From Candidatus Omnitrophota bacterium (lineage in GTDB: Bacteria > Omnitrophota > Gorgyraeia > Gygaellales > Profunditerraquicolaceae), in the NCBI GenBank assembly GCA_043808405.1, contig JAZDEX010000046.1, forward strand, positions 1-51,056: 51,056 nt of DNA, in the 5' to 3' direction. A model generated the notes under the pieces. The model made no database searches. It saw only the letters and a list, made by a program, of their open reading frames with translations, and was not told the DNA's origin. A program made the position numbers and the translations under genes. Shown here piece after piece: positions 8,356-16,355 of this stretch; the stretch's first letter is position 1, and every line of letters starts with the position of its first letter.

Positions 8356-9490
8356 GAAGCGTGTTGGCTATTTCAGGATGAAATTGTGCCCCGGATAAGC
8401 GCTTAATCTCTGATATCGTTTCGCGCACAGCAAATGCCTTGCGGTAAGGCCGGTCAGTGGTCATCGCGTCAAAGGTATCGGCAACTGAAATTATGCTGGC
8501 GATTTTAGGGATCTGATTTTCTTTTAGGCCTTCGGGATAACCCTGGCCGTCAAATCGTTCATGGTGATATTTTACGCCGAGAATAGAATTTTCCAATTCT
8601 TTAATCGGCTGTAATATCGTTGCCCCGATTAAAGGATGTTCGCGGATTTTTTTTCTTTCTTCATCAGTTAAGTCGCCGGTTTTATTTAAAATATCCTCCG
8701 GGATACCGATTTTTCCGATATCATGCAGGAGGCTGGCAATATGCAGGTCTTCAAGAAATTTTCTATCGAATATGCCGCCATTTTTTTGATTAATTCTATT
8801 TGCCAGGCTTAAGCTTAAATTGGTTACGCGGGTTGTGTGGCCGTGGGTATAATAATCCTTGGCTTCAATTGCCGCGGCTAAGGCAATAATAATGCGCATA
8901 AAAAGCTGCTGCTTCTTGCTAAGTTCAAGCTCCAGCGCCTTAAATAGTTGCGTGTTTTTTATGGCCATCGCCATATTTGAGACCAGGGCAACTACAAAAT
9001 TCAGCTCATCTTTAAGAAAAGTTTTGCCATTTTTCTTTTTGCCTAAAAGTAAAATCCCTAATAGTTCGTCACTAAAGTAACTCGGGATACAGACCGAAGC
9101 TCCAAGTATCTCCATTTGATACAAGGCTTGTTTTAAAATTTGCTTGGGGTCAGCGCTGGAGCTTTTTTTAAGTATTTTTTTAGCTTCACTTAGAATAATA
9201 GTATTGTATTTAAAAACCGTCTTATCGTCGCGTTTTCTAAAAAGATGTACTAGCGCATCGTCTTTATCCATACGCGCCAGTCCAATAGGTATCTTGGGGT
9301 CAAGAATTCCGCGCGAAACAGCTAAAATATAAGCGTCTTTTTTAGGGTCATTTACCAAAGCGCTAGCATGTTCTACTTTTAGTTTTTGAACCAGCATATT
9401 AAGAATCGCTTTAATTAAAAGATCCGGCTCATGAATTAAGATCATGCTTCGGGCCGCGCTTTCCAATTCTTTCTTATAATTTATACGCAT
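8336..9490 (-). CDS. HD-GYP domain c-di-GMP phosphodiesterase with GAF-like N-terminal sensor
   Basis: HGHTTRV, LLHDIGKIGIP and HHERFDGQGYPEGL motifs. Confidence 0.85.
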   Translation of the reverse strand: MRINYKKELESAARSMILIHEPDLLIKAILNMLVQKLKVEHASALVNDPKKDAYILAVSRGILDPKIPIGLARMDKDDALVHLFRKRDDKTVFKYNTIILSEAKKILKKSSSADPKQILKQALYQMEILGASVCIPSYFSDELLGILLLGKKKNGKTFLKDELNFVVALVSNMAMAIKNTQLFKALELELSKKQQLFMRIIIALAAAIEAKDYYTHGHTTRVTNLSLSLANRINQKNGGIFDRKFLEDLHIASLLHDIGKIGIPEDILNKTGDLTDEERKKIREHPLIGATILQPIKELENSILGVKYHHERFDGQGYPEGLKENQIPKIASIISVADTFDAMTTDRPYRKAFAVRETISEIKRLSGAQFHPEIANTLLEIQHE

Positions 9491-9546
9491 TGGTCTCCTC
9501 AGAACTTTATTAAAACTATTGATATAATTATAGTGAATAAATCGTT

Positions 9547-9768
9547 TTAGTCAAATAAGGAATTCTTTTTAGTTTTATCGCGCAGATTATAAGTGACTCT
9601 ATCTCTAATCCACCGCTCTATATATTTTTTATGAAATCTCCAATCCGTGCCGATTTTAAAAGCTGGAATTTTTCCTTCGCGGGCGTATTTGTGGACAGTA
9701 AGCGGATGAATGCTTAAATACTCCGCAACCTCTTTGGAGGTCATTATTTCTCTTTCTTTTATCATCAT
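9547..9768 (-). CDS. Excisionase-family / MerR-like helix-turn-helix DNA-binding protein
   Basis: MTSKEVAEYLSIHPLTVHKYAREGKIPAFKIGTDWRF; SD AAGAGGTGA upstream. Confidence 0.75.
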   Translation of the reverse strand: MMIKEREIMTSKEVAEYLSIHPLTVHKYAREGKIPAFKIGTDWRFHKKYIERWIRDRVTYNLRDKTKKNSLFD

Positions 9769-9806
9769 ATTTTCACCTCTTTTTATGCATGCTTACGATA
9801 ATCATA

Positions 9807-9835
9807 TATATACTAGCAATGCCATGCATTGTCAA
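9807..9835 (-). promoter_or_regulatory. Near-consensus sigma70 promoter for the HTH gene
   Basis: Minus strand TTGACA (9830-9835), a 17-nt spacer, then TATATA (9807-9812). The spacer contains the inverted repeat CAATGC-cat-GCATTG. Confidence 0.6.
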
Positions 9836-9844
9836 GGGGTTATT

Positions 9845-9883
9845 GCTAAAAATCTAAAAGCGCACCTAAGAAGATGCGCTTTT
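9845..9883 (-). terminator. Intrinsic terminator after the lipoyl-domain gene
   Basis: Minus strand AAAAGCGCAucuucuuaggUGCGCUUUU followed by AGAUUUUU. Confidence 0.7.
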
Positions 9884-9905
9884 AATATATGCATTTACTT
9901 ATTCC

Positions 9906-10142
9906 TCAGCCCGCGTCGATAATACCGAGTATTTCCCCAACATTAACCGTGTCGCCTTCGTGAAAAATAATCTGGGTTAATATGCCGCTTGCCGGGCTGG
10001 GTAAATTAAAAGTTGATTTATCCGTGGTTAGTTCAAGAAGGTCGTCTTTTTCGCGTACTTGGCTACCTTCTTGCGCGTACCAGTATGAAATTGTTGCCCT
10101 CTCTATTTTTTCGCCTAATTCCGGTAAAATAATTTTAATCAT
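9906..10142 (-). CDS. Stand-alone lipoyl-attachment domain protein (78 aa)
   Basis: E2-type lipoyl domain pattern LPELGE...ELTTDKSTFNLPSPASG...GDTVNVGE, with no E2 catalytic domain attached. Confidence 0.8.
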   Translation of the reverse strand: MIKIILPELGEKIERATISYWYAQEGSQVREKDDLLELTTDKSTFNLPSPASGILTQIIFHEGDTVNVGEILGIIDAG

Positions 10143-11435
10143 TTATTTCCCTTTTAGTGCCTGGCCTATTGCTTCCGATAATGTGGGATGCGCGAATATC
10201 GTGTCAATTATTTGAATAGTTTTTAACTCATTTTTTACGGCAAGCCCGAGGATTCCAATTAATTCCGTAGCTTTTGGGCCAATAATAGAAGCACCTAAAA
10301 TTTTATCGTTATTTTTATCAGATATGATTTTAATAAAACCTTCACTTTCTCCTAAAATGCGCGCCATGCCGCACCCAAGGAAATCAAATTTATGTATATT
10401 TATATCAATTGCATTATTTTTCGCCGCAGCTTCATTTAAACCCACGCTCGCTATTTCCGGATCAGTAAATATGCAGTTGGGAACTACACGAGAATCAATC
10501 ATCTTTGAATTATCAGAAGCTATATTTTCGACTGCTAATTCTCCCTGATAGCCGGCGAAATGCGCAAGCATAATTTTTCCCGTACAATCACCTGCGGCAT
10601 AAATATTGGCAATATTAGTTTTTAAATAATTATCGGTGATAATTTTACCATTTTCAAGTTTGACACCTGCCTCTTCTAACCCAAGGTTAAGGGTATTCGC
10701 GGACCGGCCGACACTTAATAAAATTAAATCAAAATCTTTCAAGCTAAAACCTGAGGCATCAGTATTTGTATGGACATCTACACTTTTTTTCTTAAAAATT
10801 TGCTCCAGTTTTCTGGCTACATCCTTATCTTCGCCGGGCAAAAGCTGTGGCATTTTTTCTACAAGCGTAACTTGCGCGCTGAACGTAGAAAAAAGGCTGG
10901 CAAATTCTGAACCGATTACTCCGCCTCCGATAATCAGTATATTTTTAGGTAGTTCTTTTAATTCTAAGGCCTGATTACTAGAAATAATTTTTTTGCCGTC
11001 AAATTTAAAATTTGGTAATTCTTGTGGTTTAGAGCCAGTGGCGATTAAAATAAATTTAGTTTCTAGTGCCCGATTTCCGGCATGCACTTGCGTATTCGAT
11101 ACTATTTTAGCTTCGGCAGAAATAAAATCTATGCCTTTAAGCATGAATTTCATGCCGAGGCCTAATTGTTGGATAATTTTAGTTTTACGTTCTTGAATTT
11201 TAGAGAAATCGATTTCGTAAGTGCCAACATTAATGCCAAAATCAGCGCTTTTTTTAATTAAAGAATAGATTTTCGCGGATTGGATTAAGGTTTTTGTGGG
11301 GATGCAGCCTTGATTCAGGCAGGTTCCGCCAAGGCTCGCTTTATCGATCAGGCAAACCTTTAGCCCGAGCTCTTTAGCTTTTAGGGCGGCGTTAAATCCT
11401 GCCCAGCCTGCGCCGATTATAATGAGATCATACAT
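10143..11435 (-). CDS. lpdA: Dihydrolipoyl dehydrogenase (E3)
   Basis: GAGWAG FAD fold, redox disulfide GGTCLNQGCIPTK, C-terminal HAHPTLSEA. Confidence 0.8.
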   Translation of the reverse strand: MYDLIIIGAGWAGFNAALKAKELGLKVCLIDKASLGGTCLNQGCIPTKTLIQSAKIYSLIKKSADFGINVGTYEIDFSKIQERKTKIIQQLGLGMKFMLKGIDFISAEAKIVSNTQVHAGNRALETKFILIATGSKPQELPNFKFDGKKIISSNQALELKELPKNILIIGGGVIGSEFASLFSTFSAQVTLVEKMPQLLPGEDKDVARKLEQIFKKKSVDVHTNTDASGFSLKDFDLILLSVGRSANTLNLGLEEAGVKLENGKIITDNYLKTNIANIYAAGDCTGKIMLAHFAGYQGELAVENIASDNSKMIDSRVVPNCIFTDPEIASVGLNEAAAKNNAIDINIHKFDFLGCGMARILGESEGFIKIISDKNNDKILGASIIGPKATELIGILGLAVKNELKTIQIIDTIFAHPTLSEAIGQALKGK

Positions 11436-11436
11436 G

Positions 11437-11466
11437 ATAAGTAGTTAGTAGGTAGTAGTTAGGGAT
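11437..11466. repeat. Family B TAG-heptamer array, antisense to transcription
   Basis: The plus strand reads gtagttagtaggtagtagttaggg. It overlaps the mdh stop and abuts the lpd start. Confidence 0.75.
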
Positions 11467-12382
11467 TAGGTAACTGCTTTAATAAAATACGTATGGAGTC
11501 GGCCGATTTGTTTAAAGCTTCTGTTTCTTCTTTATTTAAATCAAGTTTAATTATTTCTTCTATGCCTGTTTTCCCGATGCGGCAAGGAAGGCCTAGGCAG
11601 ATATCTTTTAAGCCGTATTCGCCGTTTAATAACGCGCAGACGCCGATTATATGTGATTCATTTTTAACGATTGCCTTCACAATCTGAGTAATTGCGGCTG
11701 AAGGCGCAAAATATGCGCTACCGGACCCAAGTAAAGTGACAATTTCTAGACCGCGACTAATAGTTCTCTTAATTAGATCAGCACATTTATTGCTATCGAC
11801 TAATTTGTCTAACGTTTTATCTTTTACTTTTGTAAAGCGCGCCACAGGCAGCATTGCTTCGCCGTGGCTGCCGATTACACAAGCCTCGATATCAACCACC
11901 GGAACATTTAATTCTTTACTGATAATATTGGCAAATCTTGCCGCATCTAGGCTTATGCCCATGCCAAATAGTTTTTTTGGGCTAAATCCCGTAATTTTTA
12001 ACGCATAGTAAGTCATTAAATCCAGCGGATTAGTTACGATTATAACAATCGCGTTAGGGCTTAAGTTTTTTATATTAAGGCAAATATCTTTTAAAATCGC
12101 GGCATTCTTAACTAATAATTCTTCTCGAGTCATCCCTGGCTTACGCGCAAGCCCGGCAGTCACTACAATTATATCGGAATTTTTTATTTGATTAATATCT
12201 TCAGTGCCGCGGAGATTATAATTATTATTTAAGAGCCAGCGCGCGTCTTCCATATCAAAAGATTTACCCTGGGCCAGGCCTTTGACGATGTCCACTAAAA
12301 CAACTTCTGCGAAATTTTCTTGGGCAACGCGCAAAGCAGTTAAGCTTCCGACATTACCGGCACCAAAAATAGAGATCTTCAT
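11459..12382 (-). CDS. mdh: Malate dehydrogenase (LDH-like family)
   Basis: GAGNVGS; GLARKPGMTREEL, where Arg at the substrate-discriminating position favours MDH over LDH; GSHGE. Confidence 0.85.
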   Translation of the reverse strand: MKISIFGAGNVGSLTALRVAQENFAEVVLVDIVKGLAQGKSFDMEDARWLLNNNYNLRGTEDINQIKNSDIIVVTAGLARKPGMTREELLVKNAAILKDICLNIKNLSPNAIVIIVTNPLDLMTYYALKITGFSPKKLFGMGISLDAARFANIISKELNVPVVDIEACVIGSHGEAMLPVARFTKVKDKTLDKLVDSNKCADLIKRTISRGLEIVTLLGSGSAYFAPSAAITQIVKAIVKNESHIIGVCALLNGEYGLKDICLGLPCRIGKTGIEEIIKLDLNKEETEALNKSADSIRILLKQLPNP

Positions 12383-13461
12383 TTTAATTTAGAAATGATT
12401 GCGTCGGCCATTTCTTGGGTGCCGACGCTTGTTTTATCCTGCGGATTAGGCTTGAAATCGTAAGTAACATCTTTACCTTCAAGTATTACGTCTTTTACCG
12501 CCTGTTCTAATTCTTCCGCGGCTTTAGTTTCTTCTAAATATCTAAGCATCAATACTCCGGATAAAATCATAGCTGTGGGGTTTACTTTATTCAGGCCGGT
12601 ATACTTAGGGGCTGAGCCATGCACTGCCTCAAATACTGCTAGATCATCGCCGATATTGGCTCCCGGAGCAATGCCTAGGCCGCCGATTAAGCCAGCGCAA
12701 AGGTCAGAAATCAAATCGCCATAAAGATTAGGCAGCACTAAAACATCATACTTGTGCGGCTTCTGGACTAATTGCATAGACATATTGTCTACAAGCGCAT
12801 CCTCAAAAATAACTCTACCTTCATATTTTTTAGCAACTTCGCGTGCAACCCGCAAGAATAGCCCGTCGGTAAATTTCATGATGTTGGCTTTATGCACAGC
12901 AGTAACTTTTTTGCGCCCATTTTTACAAGCATATTCAAATGCGTATTCAACAATGCGCCTTGAGGCGGATATGGAAATAGGTTTAATAGAAATACCCGAA
13001 TCGGGGCGGATATTTTTCGAACTATATTTTTCGATTTCTTTAATCAAAGTTTTCGTTTCCGGCTTGCCTTCTTCAAACTCTATTCCGGCATATAAATCTT
13101 CGCTATTTTCCCGCACAATAACTAAATCAATATCTTTGTAATTACTTTTTACGCCGGTATAAGTTTTTGATGGCCTGACACAGGCATAAAGATCTAAAGC
13201 GTGCCTTATGGCGACATTAACCGAACGAAAGCCACTGCCAATAGGCGTAGTCATTGGCCCCTTTAGGCAAACCTTATTTTTTCTTACGGAATTAAGCGTG
13301 TCTTCCGGCAAAAGTTCACCCAGCTTGTCCAAAGCAGTTGTCCCGGCAAGTTTTTCTTCCCAATTAATTTTAACACCAGTTGCGTCAATACAACGCCGGG
13401 CTGCATTTGCAACTTCCGGGCCGATTCCATCGCCGGGTATTAGGGTAATTTTATAATCCAT
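12379..13461 (-). CDS. icd: Isocitrate dehydrogenase (isocitrate/isopropylmalate dehydrogenase family)
   Basis: IPGDGIGPE, SGFRSVNVAIRHALDLYACVRP and NLYGDLISD motifs. Confidence 0.8.
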   Translation of the reverse strand: MDYKITLIPGDGIGPEVANAARRCIDATGVKINWEEKLAGTTALDKLGELLPEDTLNSVRKNKVCLKGPMTTPIGSGFRSVNVAIRHALDLYACVRPSKTYTGVKSNYKDIDLVIVRENSEDLYAGIEFEEGKPETKTLIKEIEKYSSKNIRPDSGISIKPISISASRRIVEYAFEYACKNGRKKVTAVHKANIMKFTDGLFLRVAREVAKKYEGRVIFEDALVDNMSMQLVQKPHKYDVLVLPNLYGDLISDLCAGLIGGLGIAPGANIGDDLAVFEAVHGSAPKYTGLNKVNPTAMILSGVLMLRYLEETKAAEELEQAVKDVILEGKDVTYDFKPNPQDKTSVGTQEMADAIISKLK

Positions 13462-13475
13462 ATTTAATTCCTTAT

Positions 13476-13505
13476 TGTAGGGAACGGTCGCGACCGGTCC
13501 CTACA
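13476..13505. repeat. 30-nt GC-rich near-perfect palindrome
   Basis: tgtagggaacggtcgcgaccggtccctaca, with 2 mismatched positions, between the leuD-like stop and the icd start. Confidence 0.8.
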
Positions 13506-13511
13506 GAACGT

Positions 13512-14015
13512 TTATACGTTTGGTAATTTTCTGAACTTCTTATAATAATTTACAATCCCGCCTTCTTTGAGCAGTTCCTGCATAAATTTAGGCAAGGGTT
13601 TAATTTTAAGTTCAATATTCTTAGTTATATTTCTGACTACGCCGCTATCGAGATCTATATCGATAATGTCGCTTTCGTCAATTTTATCGGTATCCGTTTC
13701 AATTAAGGCTAGCCCAATATTAAAAGCATTGCGGTAAAAAATCCGGGCAAATGATTTTGCCAGAACCGCAACTAGCCCTGCTTCTTTGATTACTAAAGGC
13801 GCCTGCTCACGTGAGGAGCCCATGCCGAAGTTTGATCCGGCAACAATCAGCGAATTTCCCGGAGCAATCTTAGAAGGAAAATTTGGATCAATATCTTCCA
13901 TTATGTGTTTCGCTAATTCCTTCATATCGGTAATGGAAAATTTATATCGCCCGGAGATAATAAAATCTGTATTTATATCATCTCCTAATTTTAGGGCTTT
14001 ACCGTTTAGTATCAT
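13512..14015 (-). CDS. Aconitase-family dehydratase small subunit (LeuD/HacB type)
   Basis: GSNFGMGSSREQAP motif, ~167 aa. The start overlaps the pilT stop (ATGA). Confidence 0.8.
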   Translation of the reverse strand: MILNGKALKLGDDINTDFIISGRYKFSITDMKELAKHIMEDIDPNFPSKIAPGNSLIVAGSNFGMGSSREQAPLVIKEAGLVAVLAKSFARIFYRNAFNIGLALIETDTDKIDESDIIDIDLDSGVVRNITKNIELKIKPLPKFMQELLKEGGIVNYYKKFRKLPNV

Positions 14016-15058
14016 AAGTGTTTAAACTCATCAGTATTTTTAACTTTTGACATCGCCACATCTAAGCTAATAGCCCCGGAATGAAATAATTCTTTGAGGC
14101 ACTTATCCATTGTTTTCATTCCGTATTGGCTTCCGGTTTGAATTAATGTTGGTATCTGCTCAATTTGCTGTTCGCGAATAAGATTACGCACGCCGGAAGT
14201 AGCAATCATTATTTCGGTAGCTAAAACTCTGCCGTGCCCGGAAGCAGAAGGCAGTAATAGTTGAGAAATTACCCCCTGTAGGCAATCCGCCAGCTGTAAT
14301 TTTACCTGTAATTGCTGATACGGCGGAAAAACATCAATAATTCTTTCTATTGTTTGCGGGGCATCCGGGGTATGCAATGTAGCCAAAACTAGATGCCCGG
14401 TCTCGGCAGCAGTAAGCGTGGTAGAAATAGTCTCCAAATCACGCATTTCGCCAACAACTATAACATTGGGGTCTTGCCTGAGCGCATGCTTTAAGGCTTC
14501 GGCAAAAGAAATCGTATCATCGTGCACTTCTCGTTGCTTGATTACACTTTTTTTATTGCGATGGATAAATTCAATTGGATCTTCGATTGATAAAATAAGC
14601 GCTTCTCTTTCTTCGTTGATTAAGTCTACCATTGCCGCTAAGGTAGTTGTTTTACCGACGCCGGTTGGGCCGGTAAATAATACTAAGCCATTTGGTTTAC
14701 GCGCAAGGTCTTTGGCGGCAGCTGGCAAACCCAATTCTTCGATAGTCGGTATCCTTAAAGGGATTCTTCTAAAGGCAGCTTCAACAGAACCTTTTTGCAG
14801 GTGAACGTTAACGCGGAATCTGTCTAATCCTGGTTGAGTAAAAGAAAAATCCAACTCTAGGCTTTTCTCAAATATCTCTTTTTGAGAGTTACTTAAGATA
14901 CTATAAATCATGCGTTTTAATTCTTGCCTGCCAATTGACTTAAAATCAGTCCGCTCTAATTTTCCGTCTACGCGCAATATAGGAGGCTCATTCTCCGTAA
15001 GATGTAAATCTGAGGCTTGCCTGGCTATGGATAATTCCAACAATTCTCTTATTTCCAT
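14012..15058 (-). CDS. pilT: Type IV pilus retraction ATPase PilT
   Basis: Walker A GPTGVGKTT, VVGEMRD, GHLVLATLHT, ~348 aa; SD AGGAGGG upstream. Confidence 0.9.
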   Translation of the reverse strand: MEIRELLELSIARQASDLHLTENEPPILRVDGKLERTDFKSIGRQELKRMIYSILSNSQKEIFEKSLELDFSFTQPGLDRFRVNVHLQKGSVEAAFRRIPLRIPTIEELGLPAAAKDLARKPNGLVLFTGPTGVGKTTTLAAMVDLINEEREALILSIEDPIEFIHRNKKSVIKQREVHDDTISFAEALKHALRQDPNVIVVGEMRDLETISTTLTAAETGHLVLATLHTPDAPQTIERIIDVFPPYQQLQVKLQLADCLQGVISQLLLPSASGHGRVLATEIMIATSGVRNLIREQQIEQIPTLIQTGSQYGMKTMDKCLKELFHSGAISLDVAMSKVKNTDEFKHL

Positions 15059-15068
15059 TTTTGCCCTC

Positions 15069-16322
15069 CTATAGATACTTTCTTGGATCGGTAATTTTGC
15101 CGGTAATTGCCGAAGCAGCCACAGTTAATGGCGAAGCTAGATAAATAAATGCGCTTGGATTGCCCATTCTTCCTTTAAAATTACGATTTGCGGTTGAAAT
15201 AACATTTTCTCCATCAGCCGGAACGCCGTTATGCGTGCCAACGCAGGGGCCGCAGCCAGGCGCGACTACAACGGCGCCCGCCTTAACAAAAGTATCAATA
15301 AGCCCTAATCTCAAAGACTCTAAGAATATCGGCCGTGATGCTGGAGCAATAATAAATTTGACCCCTTTAGCTACTTTTTTATTTTTAAGTATTTTGGCCG
15401 CAATTTTCAAATCGCTCAATCTTCCATTAGTGCAAGTCCCTAAAAAAGCTTCGTTTATTTTTACATCTTTTAATTCACTTATATCAACCGCGCTATCTAC
15501 ATTATGAGGGATCGATACCTGAGGTATAAGTTTTGAAATATCAAATTCAAGCACTTTTTCGTATTTAGCATCTTGGTCAGCGGAAATATTTTTAATTTTA
15601 CTACTCTTAACCCCATGCTCTTTTAACCACATACAAGTCTTTTTATCTTGCGGCATAAAGCCAACCTTGGCCCCCATTTCAATAACCATATTACAAATGG
15701 TCATTCTCGCGTCTATATCTAATTCATTGATAACCGGGCCGTAAAATTCCACCGCTTTATATGTGGCGCCTTCCGCGCCTATTTTAGTAATAATGTATAA
15801 AATAATATCTTTTGCAGTTATGCCTTTCGGGATTTTACCTTTAACAATAATTTTAAGAGTTTGCGGCACCCTAAACCAGTTTCTTCCTGTGGCTAAAGCA
15901 ATTGCTAGGTCAGTTGAGCCTACGCCGGTTGAGAAAACTCCTAAAGCCCCATATGTGCAGGTATGCGAGTCCGCGCCTAAAACTAAATCTCCGGGCAAGA
16001 CTTCGCCGGATTCAGGGATTACCTGATGGCATACGCCGCAGCCAATATCAAAGATCTTTGTTTTAAAACTAGCGGCGAAATCGCGCATTTTTTTATGCAC
16101 TTTAGATACGCCCTCACTGGGGGATGGCGCGCTGTGGTCAATTACCATGCAAAACTTAGTTTTTAATTCTTTTAATCCCAGCTCTTTTACTCGGTCTACA
16201 ATAATTGAGGAGGTTCCGTCTTGTCCAAAGGCGAAATCAATCTTGCATATTGCAAAATCCCCTGCCTTAAGATCCAGGTTTGAATGATTGCTTAATATTT
16301 TTTCCGCAATTGTCTTTCCCAC
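15069..16322 (-). CDS. Aconitase-family dehydratase large subunit (LeuC/HacA type)
   Basis: GADSHTCTYGA, GTCTNGR and GCGPCVG Fe-S ligand motifs, ~417 aa, GTG start. Confidence 0.8.
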   Translation of the reverse strand: MGKTIAEKILSNHSNLDLKAGDFAICKIDFAFGQDGTSSIIVDRVKELGLKELKTKFCMVIDHSAPSPSEGVSKVHKKMRDFAASFKTKIFDIGCGVCHQVIPESGEVLPGDLVLGADSHTCTYGALGVFSTGVGSTDLAIALATGRNWFRVPQTLKIIVKGKIPKGITAKDIILYIITKIGAEGATYKAVEFYGPVINELDIDARMTICNMVIEMGAKVGFMPQDKKTCMWLKEHGVKSSKIKNISADQDAKYEKVLEFDISKLIPQVSIPHNVDSAVDISELKDVKINEAFLGTCTNGRLSDLKIAAKILKNKKVAKGVKFIIAPASRPIFLESLRLGLIDTFVKAGAVVVAPGCGPCVGTHNGVPADGENVISTANRNFKGRMGNPSAFIYLASPLTVAASAITGKITDPRKYL

Positions 16323-16355
16323 TTTACTTACCCCTTACCTCTTAACGCTTACCCC
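16323..16355. repeat. TAA-type heptamer array
   Basis: Plus strand ttacccc ttacctc ttaacgc ttacccc ttataac. The sense strand reads GGGGTAA GCGTTAA GAGGTAA GGGGTAA. Confidence 0.75.

Noticed and set aside
9547-9768. Excisionase-family HTH gene as a sign of a prophage or integrative element
   Set aside because: The window has no integrase, att-like direct repeats, phage genes or flanking tRNA. Its neighbours are housekeeping or envelope genes, and it has its own promoter and terminator context.
14012-15058. pilT as evidence of a type IV pilus or competence island, or of recent horizontal transfer
   Set aside because: No other pilus genes are nearby. I can see no compositional break by eye, and the gene is translationally coupled to its neighbours. 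I report it as a synteny oddity only.
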